DNA of 64,000 bases from an uncultured Pelagibacteraceae bacterium. GTDB taxonomy: Bacteria; Pseudomonadota; Alphaproteobacteria; Pelagibacterales; Pelagibacteraceae. Under the pieces are notes generated by a model, which had not been told where the DNA came from, did no database searches, and was given only the letters and a program-made list of their open reading frames with translations. Shown in pieces: positions 17,130-26,608 of the stretch (positions are counted from its first letter, which is position 1; each line of letters starts with the position of its first letter). The position numbers and the translations under genes were made by a program. The stretch is taken from the NCBI GenBank assembly GCA_902539165.1, contig CACBHY010000003.1, positions 70,657-134,656 of the forward strand, written 5' to 3'.

Positions 17130-17756
17130 TTAATTAGAAATCTTTTGGATCAATGAGGCTGTATTGTTTGTTGGTTTATTCACATCCTTTGAAACCTCAT
17201 GAAAAACAAGATCGGGAACTTTACGTTCATTCAAAAAAGCTGAGCCCTGTAGCTCTAAATTTAAATAACGATTTACATCTGATTGATTAAGAATTACAGG
17301 CTGACGGTGATGAATTTCTTTAATATTTTCTTTTGCCTCTTCTGTAATTAAACAAAATTGATCTTCTTCAAAAATACCAGCAAAATAAATTACATTAGTA
17401 TCTTTTCTAACAAAGTAATGAGGAGTTTTTTCATTCTCTTCCCTCTTCCATTCATAAAAACCATCTGCAACTGCAACACATCGATGATTTTTAATTAGTT
17501 TTTTAAATGAAACCTTTTCATCAATTGTCTCTAATCTTGCATTTATCAAAGCTTTGAATTCTTTATTTTTAGCCCAACTAGGAACTAATCCCCACTTTAA
17601 AGATTCTAAAGTATTTCCGTTTTTATATTTTTTGATAACTGGAAGCTTCTGATAAGGGTGCGCATTATAATTTTCGTTGTCTTCAACTTGTATTGCTGAT
17701 TTTACCAATCTGTTAGTTTTAGTTATTGGATTTTTTACTACATATCTTCCACACAT
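17130..17756 (-). CDS. yedK: SOS response-associated peptidase (SRAP/YedK family)
   Basis: 208 aa. It has the N-terminal MCGRY catalytic Cys2 signature and a later HHRQPVIL block. Confidence 0.9.
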   Translation of the reverse strand: MCGRYVVKNPITKTNRLVKSAIQVEDNENYNAHPYQKLPVIKKYKNGNTLESLKWGLVPSWAKNKEFKALINARLETIDEKVSFKKLIKNHRCVAVADGFYEWKREENEKTPHYFVRKDTNVIYFAGIFEEDQFCLITEEAKENIKEIHHRQPVILNQSDVNRYLNLELQGSAFLNERKVPDLVFHEVSKDVNKPTNNTASLIQKISN

Positions 17757-18304
17757 TAGATTGTTTGGTCTTTAATTAATCTTTCAATACGCTCTATCAT
17801 TATTTTTGGAGATCTCATCGATGGATAAATTTCTTGAACTTTTTCATAACTTTTAATTGCTTTCTCAAAATTTTTTAACTCGATATTAACTAGTCCCTGC
17901 CCTGTTAATGCACCAAAGTGTCTTTGCTCAAGCTCAAGAACTTTATTTATGTCCTCTTGAGATTTTTTAAATTTACCCTGTAAATATAAAACGGTGGCTC
18001 TTTTATTCCATGCTTCTGACCAATTTTGATCAATTTCAATTAACTCTGAAAATATTTTCTCAGCTTCATTTAATTTTTGATCCCTTAATAGATCTGAACC
18101 TACTTTAAGCCTTAGAGTTAATTTATTATTGCTAGGATGTGTAGTCCATATCTGCCAAATTTTTTGCTCAATATTGTATGCAGAGTCAACATTATTAATT
18201 TTTAATTGATTAAATAACTGATTAAGCCTTTCGTCTCTTTCATTTGCAAAAGAGATTGTCTGAGAAAATAAATAAAATAATAATATTAAAAAAAATCTCT
18301 TCAT
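17756..18304 (-). CDS. Secreted TPR-repeat protein
   Basis: 182 aa with a signal peptide (MKRFFLILLFYLFSQTISFA) and 3-4 TPR-like repeats. Its stop overlaps the SRAP start (TAATG). Confidence 0.7.
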   Translation of the reverse strand: MKRFFLILLFYLFSQTISFANERDERLNQLFNQLKINNVDSAYNIEQKIWQIWTTHPSNNKLTLRLKVGSDLLRDQKLNEAEKIFSELIEIDQNWSEAWNKRATVLYLQGKFKKSQEDINKVLELEQRHFGALTGQGLVNIELKNFEKAIKSYEKVQEIYPSMRSPKIMIERIERLIKDQTI

Positions 18305-18344
18305 TTTTGTATATTATCAAAAAAAGGATTTAGAGTCATTGGTC

Positions 18345-18797
18345 TTAAGTGTCTTGGTTGTTTTTTATACAACTATAAAATGAAATATCTTTCTCTTTTT
18401 CCTCAGAGTTTATTTTTCTAGTAATTTCATGGATAAGCTCTCCAGTACTTCTGGTATAAACTGCTGACTCAGAATAATTTCGTTCTTGATCAAAAGCTTG
18501 TATCAAAATTATATCTTTATTAGATATTTTTACTTCTAAATTAATTTTATTAATAAATTTTGATAAATTATCGATAATTAATATGTCTGGAATTTTAGCT
18601 ATTATTTTAAGACTTTTGAGATTTTCTCTTTTGATTTGATCATTTGTAAAAGAAACAAAGTTGTGTTCTAAGTTTTTGATAATAACTTTTTCAAACTTAC
18701 AATTAAGAACTAAATCCGATTTAACTGAAATATTAATATTTTTTGCATAAGTATTACTAGTAAAAAAAAAGGTAATGATCAAAATAATATATTTCAT
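18345..18797 (-). CDS. Secreted hypothetical protein
   Basis: 150 aa with a signal peptide (MKYIILIITFFFTSNTYA). I recognise no family. Confidence 0.55.
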   Translation of the reverse strand: MKYIILIITFFFTSNTYAKNINISVKSDLVLNCKFEKVIIKNLEHNFVSFTNDQIKRENLKSLKIIAKIPDILIIDNLSKFINKINLEVKISNKDIILIQAFDQERNYSESAVYTRSTGELIHEITRKINSEEKEKDISFYSCIKNNQDT

Positions 18798-18803
18798 AAA
18801 ATA

Positions 18804-19802
18804 TTATTTTAAAATTTCATTTAGAGGGGTAATTTGGCCAATTTTAAAAACAAGTGCATCCTCTTTTTTGAAGCCATATTTCTCTGCATTATCTCTAAAT
18901 CGATCTCTTGGTTCCATAATTGGCTCTAACGATAATACAAAAGTACCCCAATGCATACCAATTACTTTTTTACTTTTTAAATCTCTAGAAATCTGAAGCG
19001 CCTCTTCAGGACTAGTGTGATAAGATGATTTATCTTTATATGGTGTTATTGGATAAAAATTATACGCTCCAATATTTATAATATTAATATCTATTGGACC
19101 ATATTTTTCGCCAATCTCTTTATACACATTTCCAACTCCAGTATCACAAGCGAACAAAAATTTTTTTCCATCATATTCAATTAAAAAATTTCCCCATAAA
19201 GTTTTGTTGGTATCTGTTAAACTGCGTTTAGACCAATGAACCGCTGGTAAAAATGTTATTTTCATTTTTTCATTAATGATGATTTCTTCATACCAATCCA
19301 TTTCATTAACATCGCTGTATCCATTTCTTTCAAAATACTTACCTAGCTTTAAAGGAGCCATTACTTTGGTATTTTTGAAAGGGAATCTTCTGATTGTCAT
19401 CATATCTTGATGATCGTAATGATTATGAGTTAGTAAAAAAATATCTACAGGAGGTATTTCCTTTAAATTTAAAGCTGGTTCAGTAAATCTTTTCGGTCCA
19501 AATATTAACGGACCTGCATTTTTAGAAAAAACAGGGTCAGTAATAATTGTTTTATTCCCTAATTTTATCAAAAAAGTTGCGTGCCCTATCCATCCAATAT
19601 AATCCTCATCTTTATATTTTTTGATATCAGCTAATACTTGTTCCTTATCTACAACATGATCCTTTGGAACAGTCATATTGAGTTTCTTTTTTTCTTTATT
19701 AAATACTTTAAAAGACCATTTAAAATTTCGATCAACTTTAGGGGAACCTAGAGGGTTTCTAAAAGTGCCGTCTGGTAAATGATGATAGGGTATTTTATCC
19801 AT
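18804..19802 (-). CDS. MBL-fold metallo-hydrolase (NAPE-PLD-like)
   Basis: 332 aa with the metallo-beta-lactamase motif LTHNHYDHQD and a downstream His/Asp pattern. Confidence 0.8.
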   Translation of the reverse strand: MDKIPYHHLPDGTFRNPLGSPKVDRNFKWSFKVFNKEKKKLNMTVPKDHVVDKEQVLADIKKYKDEDYIGWIGHATFLIKLGNKTIITDPVFSKNAGPLIFGPKRFTEPALNLKEIPPVDIFLLTHNHYDHQDMMTIRRFPFKNTKVMAPLKLGKYFERNGYSDVNEMDWYEEIIINEKMKITFLPAVHWSKRSLTDTNKTLWGNFLIEYDGKKFLFACDTGVGNVYKEIGEKYGPIDINIINIGAYNFYPITPYKDKSSYHTSPEEALQISRDLKSKKVIGMHWGTFVLSLEPIMEPRDRFRDNAEKYGFKKEDALVFKIGQITPLNEILK

Positions 19803-19849
19803 ATAAATACAAAATTAATAGTAAATGATAAATTTATAAAATTATAAAT

Positions 19850-20473
19850 TTAATTTTTTTTTTTATCTAAAATAGCAATAATACTTTTTTTAATATTTTC
19901 ACTTATTTTTATTGTTCCTTGTTGGTTAGGGTGTATACCGTCTTGTAGATTTAAGCTTGGGTTAAGTGCCACACCCTCTAAAAGAAAAGGTATAAATTGT
20001 AAATTATGCTTCTTAGATAATTTTGGATAGATAGCATCAAAGTCTTTCTTATATTTTTCCCCATGTGTTGTTGGAGCAATCATTCCAGCTAAAATTATTT
20101 CTATTTTTTTCTTTTTTACAATCTCTATTATTTGTTCTAAATTTTTTTTTGTTTCATCTGGTTGAATTCCTCTAAGCATATCATTTGCACCCATTCCTAA
20201 AACAATAAGATCTATCCCTGGATCTGATAAACTCCACTCTGCCCTATTTAATCCACCTGAAGATGTGCTGCCTGAAACACTTCCATTTATAACTTGAATA
20301 TTAAATCCGGCTTGTTTTAATTTATTCTCTAAAACTAACGATAAATGATGTTCTTTAGGTAAGCCATAACCAGCCATTAAGCTGTCTCCGAATAATACTA
20401 CCTTTTCTATTGCACTTGCATTTATGTGCACTAGAAAGATTAACAAAATTTTTATAAATAAACTTTTATTCAT
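19850..20473 (-). CDS. tesA: SGNH/GDSL arylesterase / acyl-CoA thioesterase I-like, secreted
   Basis: 207 aa with a signal peptide. It has the GDSL block VLFGDSLMAGYG, a GxND block (GMGANDM) and DGIHPN. It also sits in the conserved tesA-ybbA-ybbP divergent arrangement. Confidence 0.85.
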   Translation of the reverse strand: MNKSLFIKILLIFLVHINASAIEKVVLFGDSLMAGYGLPKEHHLSLVLENKLKQAGFNIQVINGSVSGSTSSGGLNRAEWSLSDPGIDLIVLGMGANDMLRGIQPDETKKNLEQIIEIVKKKKIEIILAGMIAPTTHGEKYKKDFDAIYPKLSKKHNLQFIPFLLEGVALNPSLNLQDGIHPNQQGTIKISENIKKSIIAILDKKKN

Positions 20474-21137
20474 GTCAACACTTCTAAGATTAAAAAAAAT
20501 AAATCTTAATTATCAAACTGGTAAAGACAATATCAGAGTTTTAAAGAATATAGATTTAAATATTAAGAAAAAAGAAACTGTTTCAGTTGTAGGAGAGAGT
20601 GGTTCTGGAAAAACTAGTTTAATAATGTTGGTTGGCGGATTAGAAAAGCCAACCTCTGGAAAGATTATTTTTCAAAATCAAGAAATTACAAGCCTTAATG
20701 AGGATGAAGTATCTGAAATTAGAAAGAAAAATATCGGTATTGTATTTCAATCTTTTTATTTAATCCCAAATTATACTGCAGTTGAAAATGTTGCTTTAAC
20801 ACTTGAGCTAAATAATTTTAAAAATCCTGAAAAAGAAGCAAAGATTTTGTTAGATCGTTTTGGTTTAAAACATCGTTTTAATAACCTTCCAAGTCAATTA
20901 TCTGGTGGCGAGCAGCAAAGAGTAGCCATAGCAAGAGCAATTGCTATGAAACCTGAATTGATTTTAGCTGATGAACCAACTGGTAATTTAGATACCGAGA
21001 ACTCTACATTGATTTCAAATATATTGTTTAAATATGTAAAAGAAGAAGGTTCTTCTTTAATTATGGTAACCCATGATCCTAAACTTGCGGATAAAGCAAA
21101 AAGAAAAATTAAAATTAAAGATGGAAAAATCAAATAA
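20472..21137 (+). CDS. ybbA: ABC transporter ATP-binding protein (YbbA/LolD-like)
   Basis: It has Walker A (GESGSGKTS), [14 protein letters not shown] and Walker B (LILADEPTG). I place the start at ATG 20472 (MSTLLRLKK...) rather than the track's upstream extension. Confidence 0.85.
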   Translation: MSTLLRLKKINLNYQTGKDNIRVLKNIDLNIKKKETVSVVGESGSGKTSLIMLVGGLEKPTSGKIIFQNQEITSLNEDEVSEIRKKNIGIVFQSFYLIPNYTAVENVALTLELNNFKNPEKEAKILLDRFGLKHRFNNLPSQLSGGEQQRVAIARAIAMKPELILADEPTGNLDTENSTLISNILFKYVKEEGSSLIMVTHDPKLADKAKRKIKIKDGKIK

Positions 21138-23655
21138 CCCCTCAGAATTTAATTTAATACTTAAATATGCTTTAAAAGATTTGAGTAGAAATTATCACAA
21201 AATCTCAAGCATTATTATAACTCTGTTTATTAGTCTTTTTATTTTGAGTGCTATTTTCACAATAGAAGATAGCTTAAAAAAAGAGCTAAATGATAATGCT
21301 AAAGCATTGTTAGGTGGAGATTTAGAGATTGATTACAATCGTAATCAAGGAAACTTGGATTTGGTAAATCAAGTCAAAAAATTTGCAACAGTTTCTCAAA
21401 TGATTGAATTTAGTACGATGCTCTCAACAACTGGAAGAGAAAAAAATAAATCTTTATTTACAAGAATTAAAACTGTGGATGAAAAATATCCTCTTTATGG
21501 TGAGGTTGATTATGAGCCAACCGAAGCTTATGAAAGAATGCAAAGAGAACCAAATACAATTTTAATTAACGAAAGTTTATCAAAAACACTGAATATAAAG
21601 ATTAATGAGCAAGTTAAAGTTCAAGATCAAAACTTCACCGTCATTGGAATTATTAAATCAGTACCAGATGTAAGCGGATTTGTTGCATTTGGTGATTGGG
21701 CCCTAGCTGGCAAACAAACTTTAGAAATATTAAAACTAAATGGAATAGGAAGTTTTTTAAATTATGAATATAAAGTAAAATTTAAAAATGATGATGATCC
21801 AGCACAAATTGAAAGAAAAATTGAAAATATTTTTAAAAACGATCAAAAAGTAAAACTTAGATACCCTGAAAATTCAGCAAGTGGTATTAAAAGAATTATT
21901 AACAATTTCTCTCAATTTTTATCTCTTGTATCAATAAGTGCAATGTTGATTGCTGGAATCGGAATTGCAAATACTTTATTGTCTTTTATTAATCAAAATA
22001 ACATGTCAATTGCTGTTAGAAAAGCAGTAGGATTTTATTCTGGAAATATAAAAACACTTTATTATCTACAATTATTTATTTTACTGTTTGTTATTACTGT
22101 AATTTCCTATGGGTCTAGCTTTTTAATTGTTCCAATAGCAGATAAATACTTATCTGATGGTTTAGGATTAAATGTTTATCCAGTTTTTTCTTTTTTAAAT
22201 TTTTTCAAAATATTTTTAGTTGGATTGCTAGTCCTTGTAATTTTTTCTATACCAACTATTAGTTCTATTGATCAAGTCAAAGCCTCTAACTTATTTAGGA
22301 ATGTGTTTCAAAATTTACAGTTTTACTATTCAAAAAAATCGGTCGCTGTAAGCTTTGTTTTATTATCTATTTTAATTATATTATTTACAATTGGTACTGA
22401 ACAACCAACCTATAGTTTAGGATATTTTGTAGCTTTTTTTGTGTGTTTAATAGTTTTTTTCTTGCTTTCAAAATTAATTATTTTTTTTCTAAAGAAATTT
22501 AAATCAAGTTCAATTGTTTCACTTAAAGTCTCAATTAAAAATATTACTCAAACAAAAAGTATAACTCCTATTACTGTAATGTCTTTAGGGTTAGGAGTTA
22601 CTTTATTGTTAATTCTGGCTTTAGTGGGCACTAACTTTCAAAGAGAAATTGCTAAGTCCATCCCTGATATTGCGCCAGATTATTTTTTTGTTGGTATTCA
22701 AAAAGGAGAGCGAGAAAAATTTGAACAAGGTATTTTAAATATGGATAAAGATGCAAATATTGAAATAGTCCCAATGGTATCATCTGGTATTGTTAAAATT
22801 AATGGAGTTGATCCTAATACATTCATCAAGCCTGATAATGATAGTTATTGGGTAATTGGAAGTGAACGAAGATCATCGTGGGTAGAGAATATTCCAAAAG
22901 ATAATCCAATTTTAGAGGGGGAATGGTGGGATTTATCTAAGCCAAATCAGTTACAAATATCGTTAGATGCTAAAGTTGCAAAAGATTTTAATATTCAATT
23001 AGGTGATATTTTTACTTTAAACATATATGGGCGAGAGATTGATGGAGAAGTAATTAATTTTAGAGAAGTAGATTACCGTGATTTAAGTATTAATTTTGCA
23101 ATGCTGTTTAACCCCCAATTTGCAAAGCAAATTCCACATGAATACTTAGCAACAGCAAAATTTAATTCTGATAAATTCGATGAAACAGAAATGTTGAAGA
23201 TAATGCCAAGTTTATCAATGATTAAAATTGCAGATTATCTTTTAAAAGTAACTGCAGTTTTAAACAAAGTATTCATTGCTGTTACTTTAATTTCCGCTGT
23301 AACAATTATTATTGGTTTAATTGTTATATCAAGTGCAATCATGGTTCAGGGAAAAATTAAAGAATATCAAAATTTAGTTTTTAAAATCTTAGGTTTTTCA
23401 AAAAAACAAATTATTTTCTCATCCTTAATAGAATTCTTAATTATTTTTATAACTGTGATTTTGATAGCAACATTTTTTGCAATAATAGGGTCTAAATTTA
23501 TTATGGAAAATATATTTGAATTAGTTTGGCAGTTTGACTTTAAGGTTTTAATTTATTTAGGTTTTTCAATTGGATTAGTTACTTTGATTTTGATTTTGAT
23601 TACAAATTTAAAATATTTAAATCCTAAAATCTATCCACTTATTAGGAATCAATAA
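21121..23655 (+). CDS. ybbP: ABC transporter permease, double FtsX-domain (YbbP-like)
   Basis: About 844 aa from ATG 21121 ([10 protein letters not shown]...). It has two FtsX-like 4-TM modules separated by periplasmic domains and overlaps ybbA by 17 nt. Confidence 0.8.
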   Translation: MEKSNNPSEFNLILKYALKDLSRNYHKISSIIITLFISLFILSAIFTIEDSLKKELNDNAKALLGGDLEIDYNRNQGNLDLVNQVKKFATVSQMIEFSTMLSTTGREKNKSLFTRIKTVDEKYPLYGEVDYEPTEAYERMQREPNTILINESLSKTLNIKINEQVKVQDQNFTVIGIIKSVPDVSGFVAFGDWALAGKQTLEILKLNGIGSFLNYEYKVKFKNDDDPAQIERKIENIFKNDQKVKLRYPENSASGIKRIINNFSQFLSLVSISAMLIAGIGIANTLLSFINQNNMSIAVRKAVGFYSGNIKTLYYLQLFILLFVITVISYGSSFLIVPIADKYLSDGLGLNVYPVFSFLNFFKIFLVGLLVLVIFSIPTISSIDQVKASNLFRNVFQNLQFYYSKKSVAVSFVLLSILIILFTIGTEQPTYSLGYFVAFFVCLIVFFLLSKLIIFFLKKFKSSSIVSLKVSIKNITQTKSITPITVMSLGLGVTLLLILALVGTNFQREIAKSIPDIAPDYFFVGIQKGEREKFEQGILNMDKDANIEIVPMVSSGIVKINGVDPNTFIKPDNDSYWVIGSERRSSWVENIPKDNPILEGEWWDLSKPNQLQISLDAKVAKDFNIQLGDIFTLNIYGREIDGEVINFREVDYRDLSINFAMLFNPQFAKQIPHEYLATAKFNSDKFDETEMLKIMPSLSMIKIADYLLKVTAVLNKVFIAVTLISAVTIIIGLIVISSAIMVQGKIKEYQNLVFKILGFSKKQIIFSSLIEFLIIFITVILIATFFAIIGSKFIMENIFELVWQFDFKVLIYLGFSIGLVTLILILITNLKYLNPKIYPLIRNQ

Positions 23656-23674
23656 TCTTGTTAAGACTATATAT

Positions 23675-24418
23675 TTATAAAAAATCAAAAATTAACTTTG
23701 AACTGGTCACAAAAATTAAAGCATATAAAATATTATAAAATAATTTTTCCTCAATTGTTCTTAGAAATCGATAACCTATTAAAATCCCAATAAATGCTGC
23801 AGGAAATAAAATTAGTGATTGTTTAAAAGTATCGTAGTTTGTCATTGATAAATTTATATAAAGGGGAAGCTTAATCAAATTTACAAAAGTAAAAAAAATT
23901 ATTCTTGTTCCGACATAAATTTCTTTTCTCATTCTCAATGGTAGTAAGTAAATACTGGTCGGCGTACCTCCAGCATGCACACAAAAACTTGTAAATCCCG
24001 CAATCGTTGAACAAATACCCCCTTTTAAAAAACTTTTTTCTGATTTTGCTTCCTTGTCTTTTTTTAAAAAGAAATAATGCCCTGCAAATAAAAACCCCAT
24101 TAAACCAATTAAAAATTTTAGTAACTCTTCTGAAAAATATGAAAAAGATAATGAACCAACAAATATTCCTATAGCTGCAAATGGAACTATCAATTTTAAG
24201 GTTTGTAAATCGAACTCTTTTCTGTACTTATATGTTGCTATAAAATCAGAAAATATCAGAATAGGTAACATAATTCCTAATGCCGTGGTTAGAGGCATTG
24301 CAATGGTCATTAATGGAATTGAAATAAGCGCTATGGAACCACCTAATCCAGATTTGGCTATTCCAAATAATATGACTGCAGGTACTATAGTTAAAAAAAA
24401 TAATAAATTTATTTCCAT
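23675..24418 (-). CDS. TauE/SafE (DUF81) family anion exporter
   Basis: 247 aa with 7-8 TM spans and the duplicated G-x-GGG-type motifs typical of the sulfite exporter TauE/SafE family. Confidence 0.85.
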   Translation of the reverse strand: MEINLLFFLTIVPAVILFGIAKSGLGGSIALISIPLMTIAMPLTTALGIMLPILIFSDFIATYKYRKEFDLQTLKLIVPFAAIGIFVGSLSFSYFSEELLKFLIGLMGFLFAGHYFFLKKDKEAKSEKSFLKGGICSTIAGFTSFCVHAGGTPTSIYLLPLRMRKEIYVGTRIIFFTFVNLIKLPLYINLSMTNYDTFKQSLILFPAAFIGILIGYRFLRTIEEKLFYNILYALIFVTSSKLIFDFL

Positions 24419-24678
24419 TTCTTTAATGAATTAAGTAGTTTTGACCCTAAAGGACTAATTGGTTCTTGAAGAATTATTTCTTTTCCTGTTTTTTGTTTAA
24501 CTAATTGAAGTAATTTTGTTGCCAATCCTTGTTTTCGAAATATTGGATTCACAAAGATATATTCTACTTCCCCTTTATCATTAAACCTAACAAAACCAAG
24601 CGTGGTGTAATCATTTTTATAGGTAAAAACACCATCAGACTCATTAAGTTTATATTTAGAAAAATCGACTTTTTTCAT
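24409..24678 (-). CDS. Small GNAT-family N-acetyltransferase-like protein
   Basis: 89 aa. VNPIFRKQGLATKLL resembles the acetyl-CoA binding motif A (R/Q-x-x-G-x-A). It is unusually short for a GNAT. Confidence 0.6.
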   Translation of the reverse strand: MKKVDFSKYKLNESDGVFTYKNDYTTLGFVRFNDKGEVEYIFVNPIFRKQGLATKLLQLVKQKTGKEIILQEPISPLGSKLLNSLKKWK

Positions 24679-24683
24679 CTGCT

Positions 24684-24848
24684 CTAATAATTTAAGAGCA
24701 GAAGAGTAATAACAGTAGCAACTACAGCGGCAGAAACTGCGATATAATTTAGCTTAATATTAAATTTTTTCTCTACAAATTCTGTAATTTTTTCCCAAAA
24801 TAACACTATCAAAAAAATTATAATTGCAGGAACTATGTATTTAATCAT
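24684..24848 (-). CDS. Candidate 54-aa membrane peptide
   Basis: Below the track cutoff. The translation is MIKYIVPAIIIFLIVLFWEKITEFVEKKFNIKLNYIAVSAAVVATVITLLLLNY, with two hydrophobic spans. It fills the spacer between the regulator and the GNAT gene. Confidence 0.4.
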   Translation of the reverse strand: MIKYIVPAIIIFLIVLFWEKITEFVEKKFNIKLNYIAVSAAVVATVITLLLLNY

Positions 24849-24851
24849 TTT

Positions 24852-26282
24852 TTAATTACTATCACTAACATAAACAGAGACACCTCTTGAATTTAAGTCT
24901 ACATCAAACTTTTTATGTAATGGTGGGAATGCTCTTTGTGAACAATCTAATCTGTCACATGTTCTGCATGATACCCCTATAGGTATTTCTGAAGATTTAT
25001 CATTAATATTTACATTTTCAGTATAAACAAAATCCTTAGCGTATTTCGCATCACATCCAAGACCAATGGATAGAACACTTTTTGCTTGACCAAATCTACC
25101 TATACCTTTTTCAACTGTTCTCGCTATACAAACATACTTTTCTCCATTATTCATTTTGCTTACTGCGGCTTGTATCACTCCAGGTCGAGTAAATGCTGAA
25201 TAAACATTCCATCTAGGGCAAGCTCCTCCATATCTTGGTATATCTATGCCTGATAGTGTAAATCTTTTAGAAATATTTCCTGCCATATCAACTCTTAAAA
25301 AATGAAAAGGTATTCCTGGTAATTTTGGATCTTGAAGACATGTCACTCTATGAGCTACTTGTTCAAATGAAGTTGCAAATGTATTTTGTAATAATTCTAA
25401 ATCATATTTAAGTTTTTTGCATTCTGAATGGAATAACTTATATGGCATTAGAATTGCAGCTCCACAATAATTTAATAAAGCAACTTTTGTAAGTTTCCTT
25501 GATTCTTCCGATGGAAAACTAAATTTAGATAAGTAATTATCTATATCTTTATTTGCACCTTCTTGAGCAATTTGTGCAGCTGCATGTAATTTTTTTGTTT
25601 CTAATGAACTATAATCACTTAATAAAAGTTCTTTTTTACTTCTATTATAAATTTTTGAAAATGGTTTGTTCTCATCAGGTATCACATCTTTTACATTTAT
25701 AGAATATTCAGTATTTAAATATTCACACAATGCAATATATCTTGTTCTATTATTTTTTTGTATTTTGGCAAAAACCTTGTTTGCGAATTCCTCAAGTTTA
25801 GGAAAATAATTTTTATGTTCTTGAAGAAAATCTGAAATTACTTCACCTGGAAAAGAATTCTTTCTATTATCAACAATCTTACCTGATATTTTTTCGATCT
25901 TATTAATTAATTCGTGGTCTTTCTTTTTTAATATGTCTCCTAGTCTTACAATTGCTTTCCCAATTTTAGGATTTGTACTGACAAGGTCTTTAATTTCTGG
26001 TCCTAATATATCTAAGTCCTCAAATAAATTATCATCTAAAATTTCGGAAATTGTATTTTGTAAATTAATATCTGTTTTTGATGTTAGATCTGATAATTGA
26101 ATGTTAAGTTTTTCACAAACATTTAGCAAAAGATCACCATCAATTTTTCTTTTCCCACTCTCAATTAAGTTTAAATAACTTGGTGAAATAGCTAAATCCT
26201 CTGCTAGTTTGTTAGCTTGAAGACCTAATTGTCTTCTAAAAGCTTTGATTTTTGGCCCTATTTTTAAATCTATTTGACTCAT
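24852..26282 (-). CDS. XRE-HTH / IrrE-like / DUF2083 transcriptional regulator (RamB / PrpR / ScfR type)
   Basis: 476 aa. It has an N-terminal XRE helix-turn-helix (LGLQANKLAEDLAISPSYLNLIESGKR), a central ImmA/IrrE-like region and a Cys-rich C-terminus (GACPRW, CRTCDRLDCSQR). It is divergent from aceA, as in the RamB/PrpR systems. Confidence 0.8.
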   Translation of the reverse strand: MSQIDLKIGPKIKAFRRQLGLQANKLAEDLAISPSYLNLIESGKRKIDGDLLLNVCEKLNIQLSDLTSKTDINLQNTISEILDDNLFEDLDILGPEIKDLVSTNPKIGKAIVRLGDILKKKDHELINKIEKISGKIVDNRKNSFPGEVISDFLQEHKNYFPKLEEFANKVFAKIQKNNRTRYIALCEYLNTEYSINVKDVIPDENKPFSKIYNRSKKELLLSDYSSLETKKLHAAAQIAQEGANKDIDNYLSKFSFPSEESRKLTKVALLNYCGAAILMPYKLFHSECKKLKYDLELLQNTFATSFEQVAHRVTCLQDPKLPGIPFHFLRVDMAGNISKRFTLSGIDIPRYGGACPRWNVYSAFTRPGVIQAAVSKMNNGEKYVCIARTVEKGIGRFGQAKSVLSIGLGCDAKYAKDFVYTENVNINDKSSEIPIGVSCRTCDRLDCSQRAFPPLHKKFDVDLNSRGVSVYVSDSN

Positions 26283-26290
26283 ATTTTCTA

Positions 26291-26381
26291 TTTGTAAATT
26301 TTGTAAATTTATTTTTACAATTTTTTTTATTGATTTACAAGGTTTTTAACCTTTTTTGTAGATTTTGTAAATTGTGTAAAT
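26291..26381. promoter_or_regulatory. Array of TTTGTAAAT-like 9-mers (candidate operator sites) in the regulator-aceA divergent spacer
   Basis: There are tandem copies at 26291-26299 and 26300-26308, and three more at 26355-26363, 26364-26372 and 26373-26381. Inverted TTTACAA copies lie at 26314-26320 and 26334-26340. Confidence 0.5.
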
Positions 26382-26393
26382 TATAAGATTCAT

Positions 26394-26555
26394 ATGAATA
26401 AAAAATTAAAAAATACTGAAAACGACGCTCAAATCATAAAAAAAGAAGATTTAGACCATCATCATAGTAGAGGAATATACATGAGAGATGACCATTGTGA
26501 TTGGGGTTCTAGTGGAATGAACGATCTTATCGAAACTTCAAACGATAACAACTAG
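26394..26555 (+). CDS. Candidate 53-aa acidic/His-rich leader ORF upstream of aceA
   Basis: It runs from ATG 26394 to TAG 26553-26555 and encodes MNKKLKNTENDAQIIKKEDLDHHHSRGIYMRDDHCDWGSSGMNDLIETSNDNN. It has no clear SD and the only support is the ORF itself. Confidence 0.25.
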   Translation: MNKKLKNTENDAQIIKKEDLDHHHSRGIYMRDDHCDWGSSGMNDLIETSNDNN

Positions 26556-26608
26556 TTCTCCCCCTCTAAAGTCAATTTTCATAAAATAAAATCAAAGGAT
26601 AAAAAATA

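Noticed and set aside
20424-21120. Upstream-extended start codons in the track for ybbA (20424), ybbP (21073), the permease (37355), the SBP (49542), the micro-ORF (52690) and msrP (61160).
   Set aside because: Internal ATGs give N-termini that match family expectations, namely a signal peptide, the distance to Walker A, or a Tat motif. They also avoid long overlaps or, for 37355, a start inside a terminator hairpin.
24852-26282. An XRE HTH with an ImmA/IrrE-like region, read as a prophage repressor/antirepressor or defence-island module.
   Set aside because: It is a single fused polypeptide with a Cys-rich DUF2083-type C-terminus, and I find no HExxH. It sits divergently from aceA with a repeated operator array. 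There are no phage, integrase or toxin genes nearby. This fits a metabolic RamB/PrpR/ScfR regulator.
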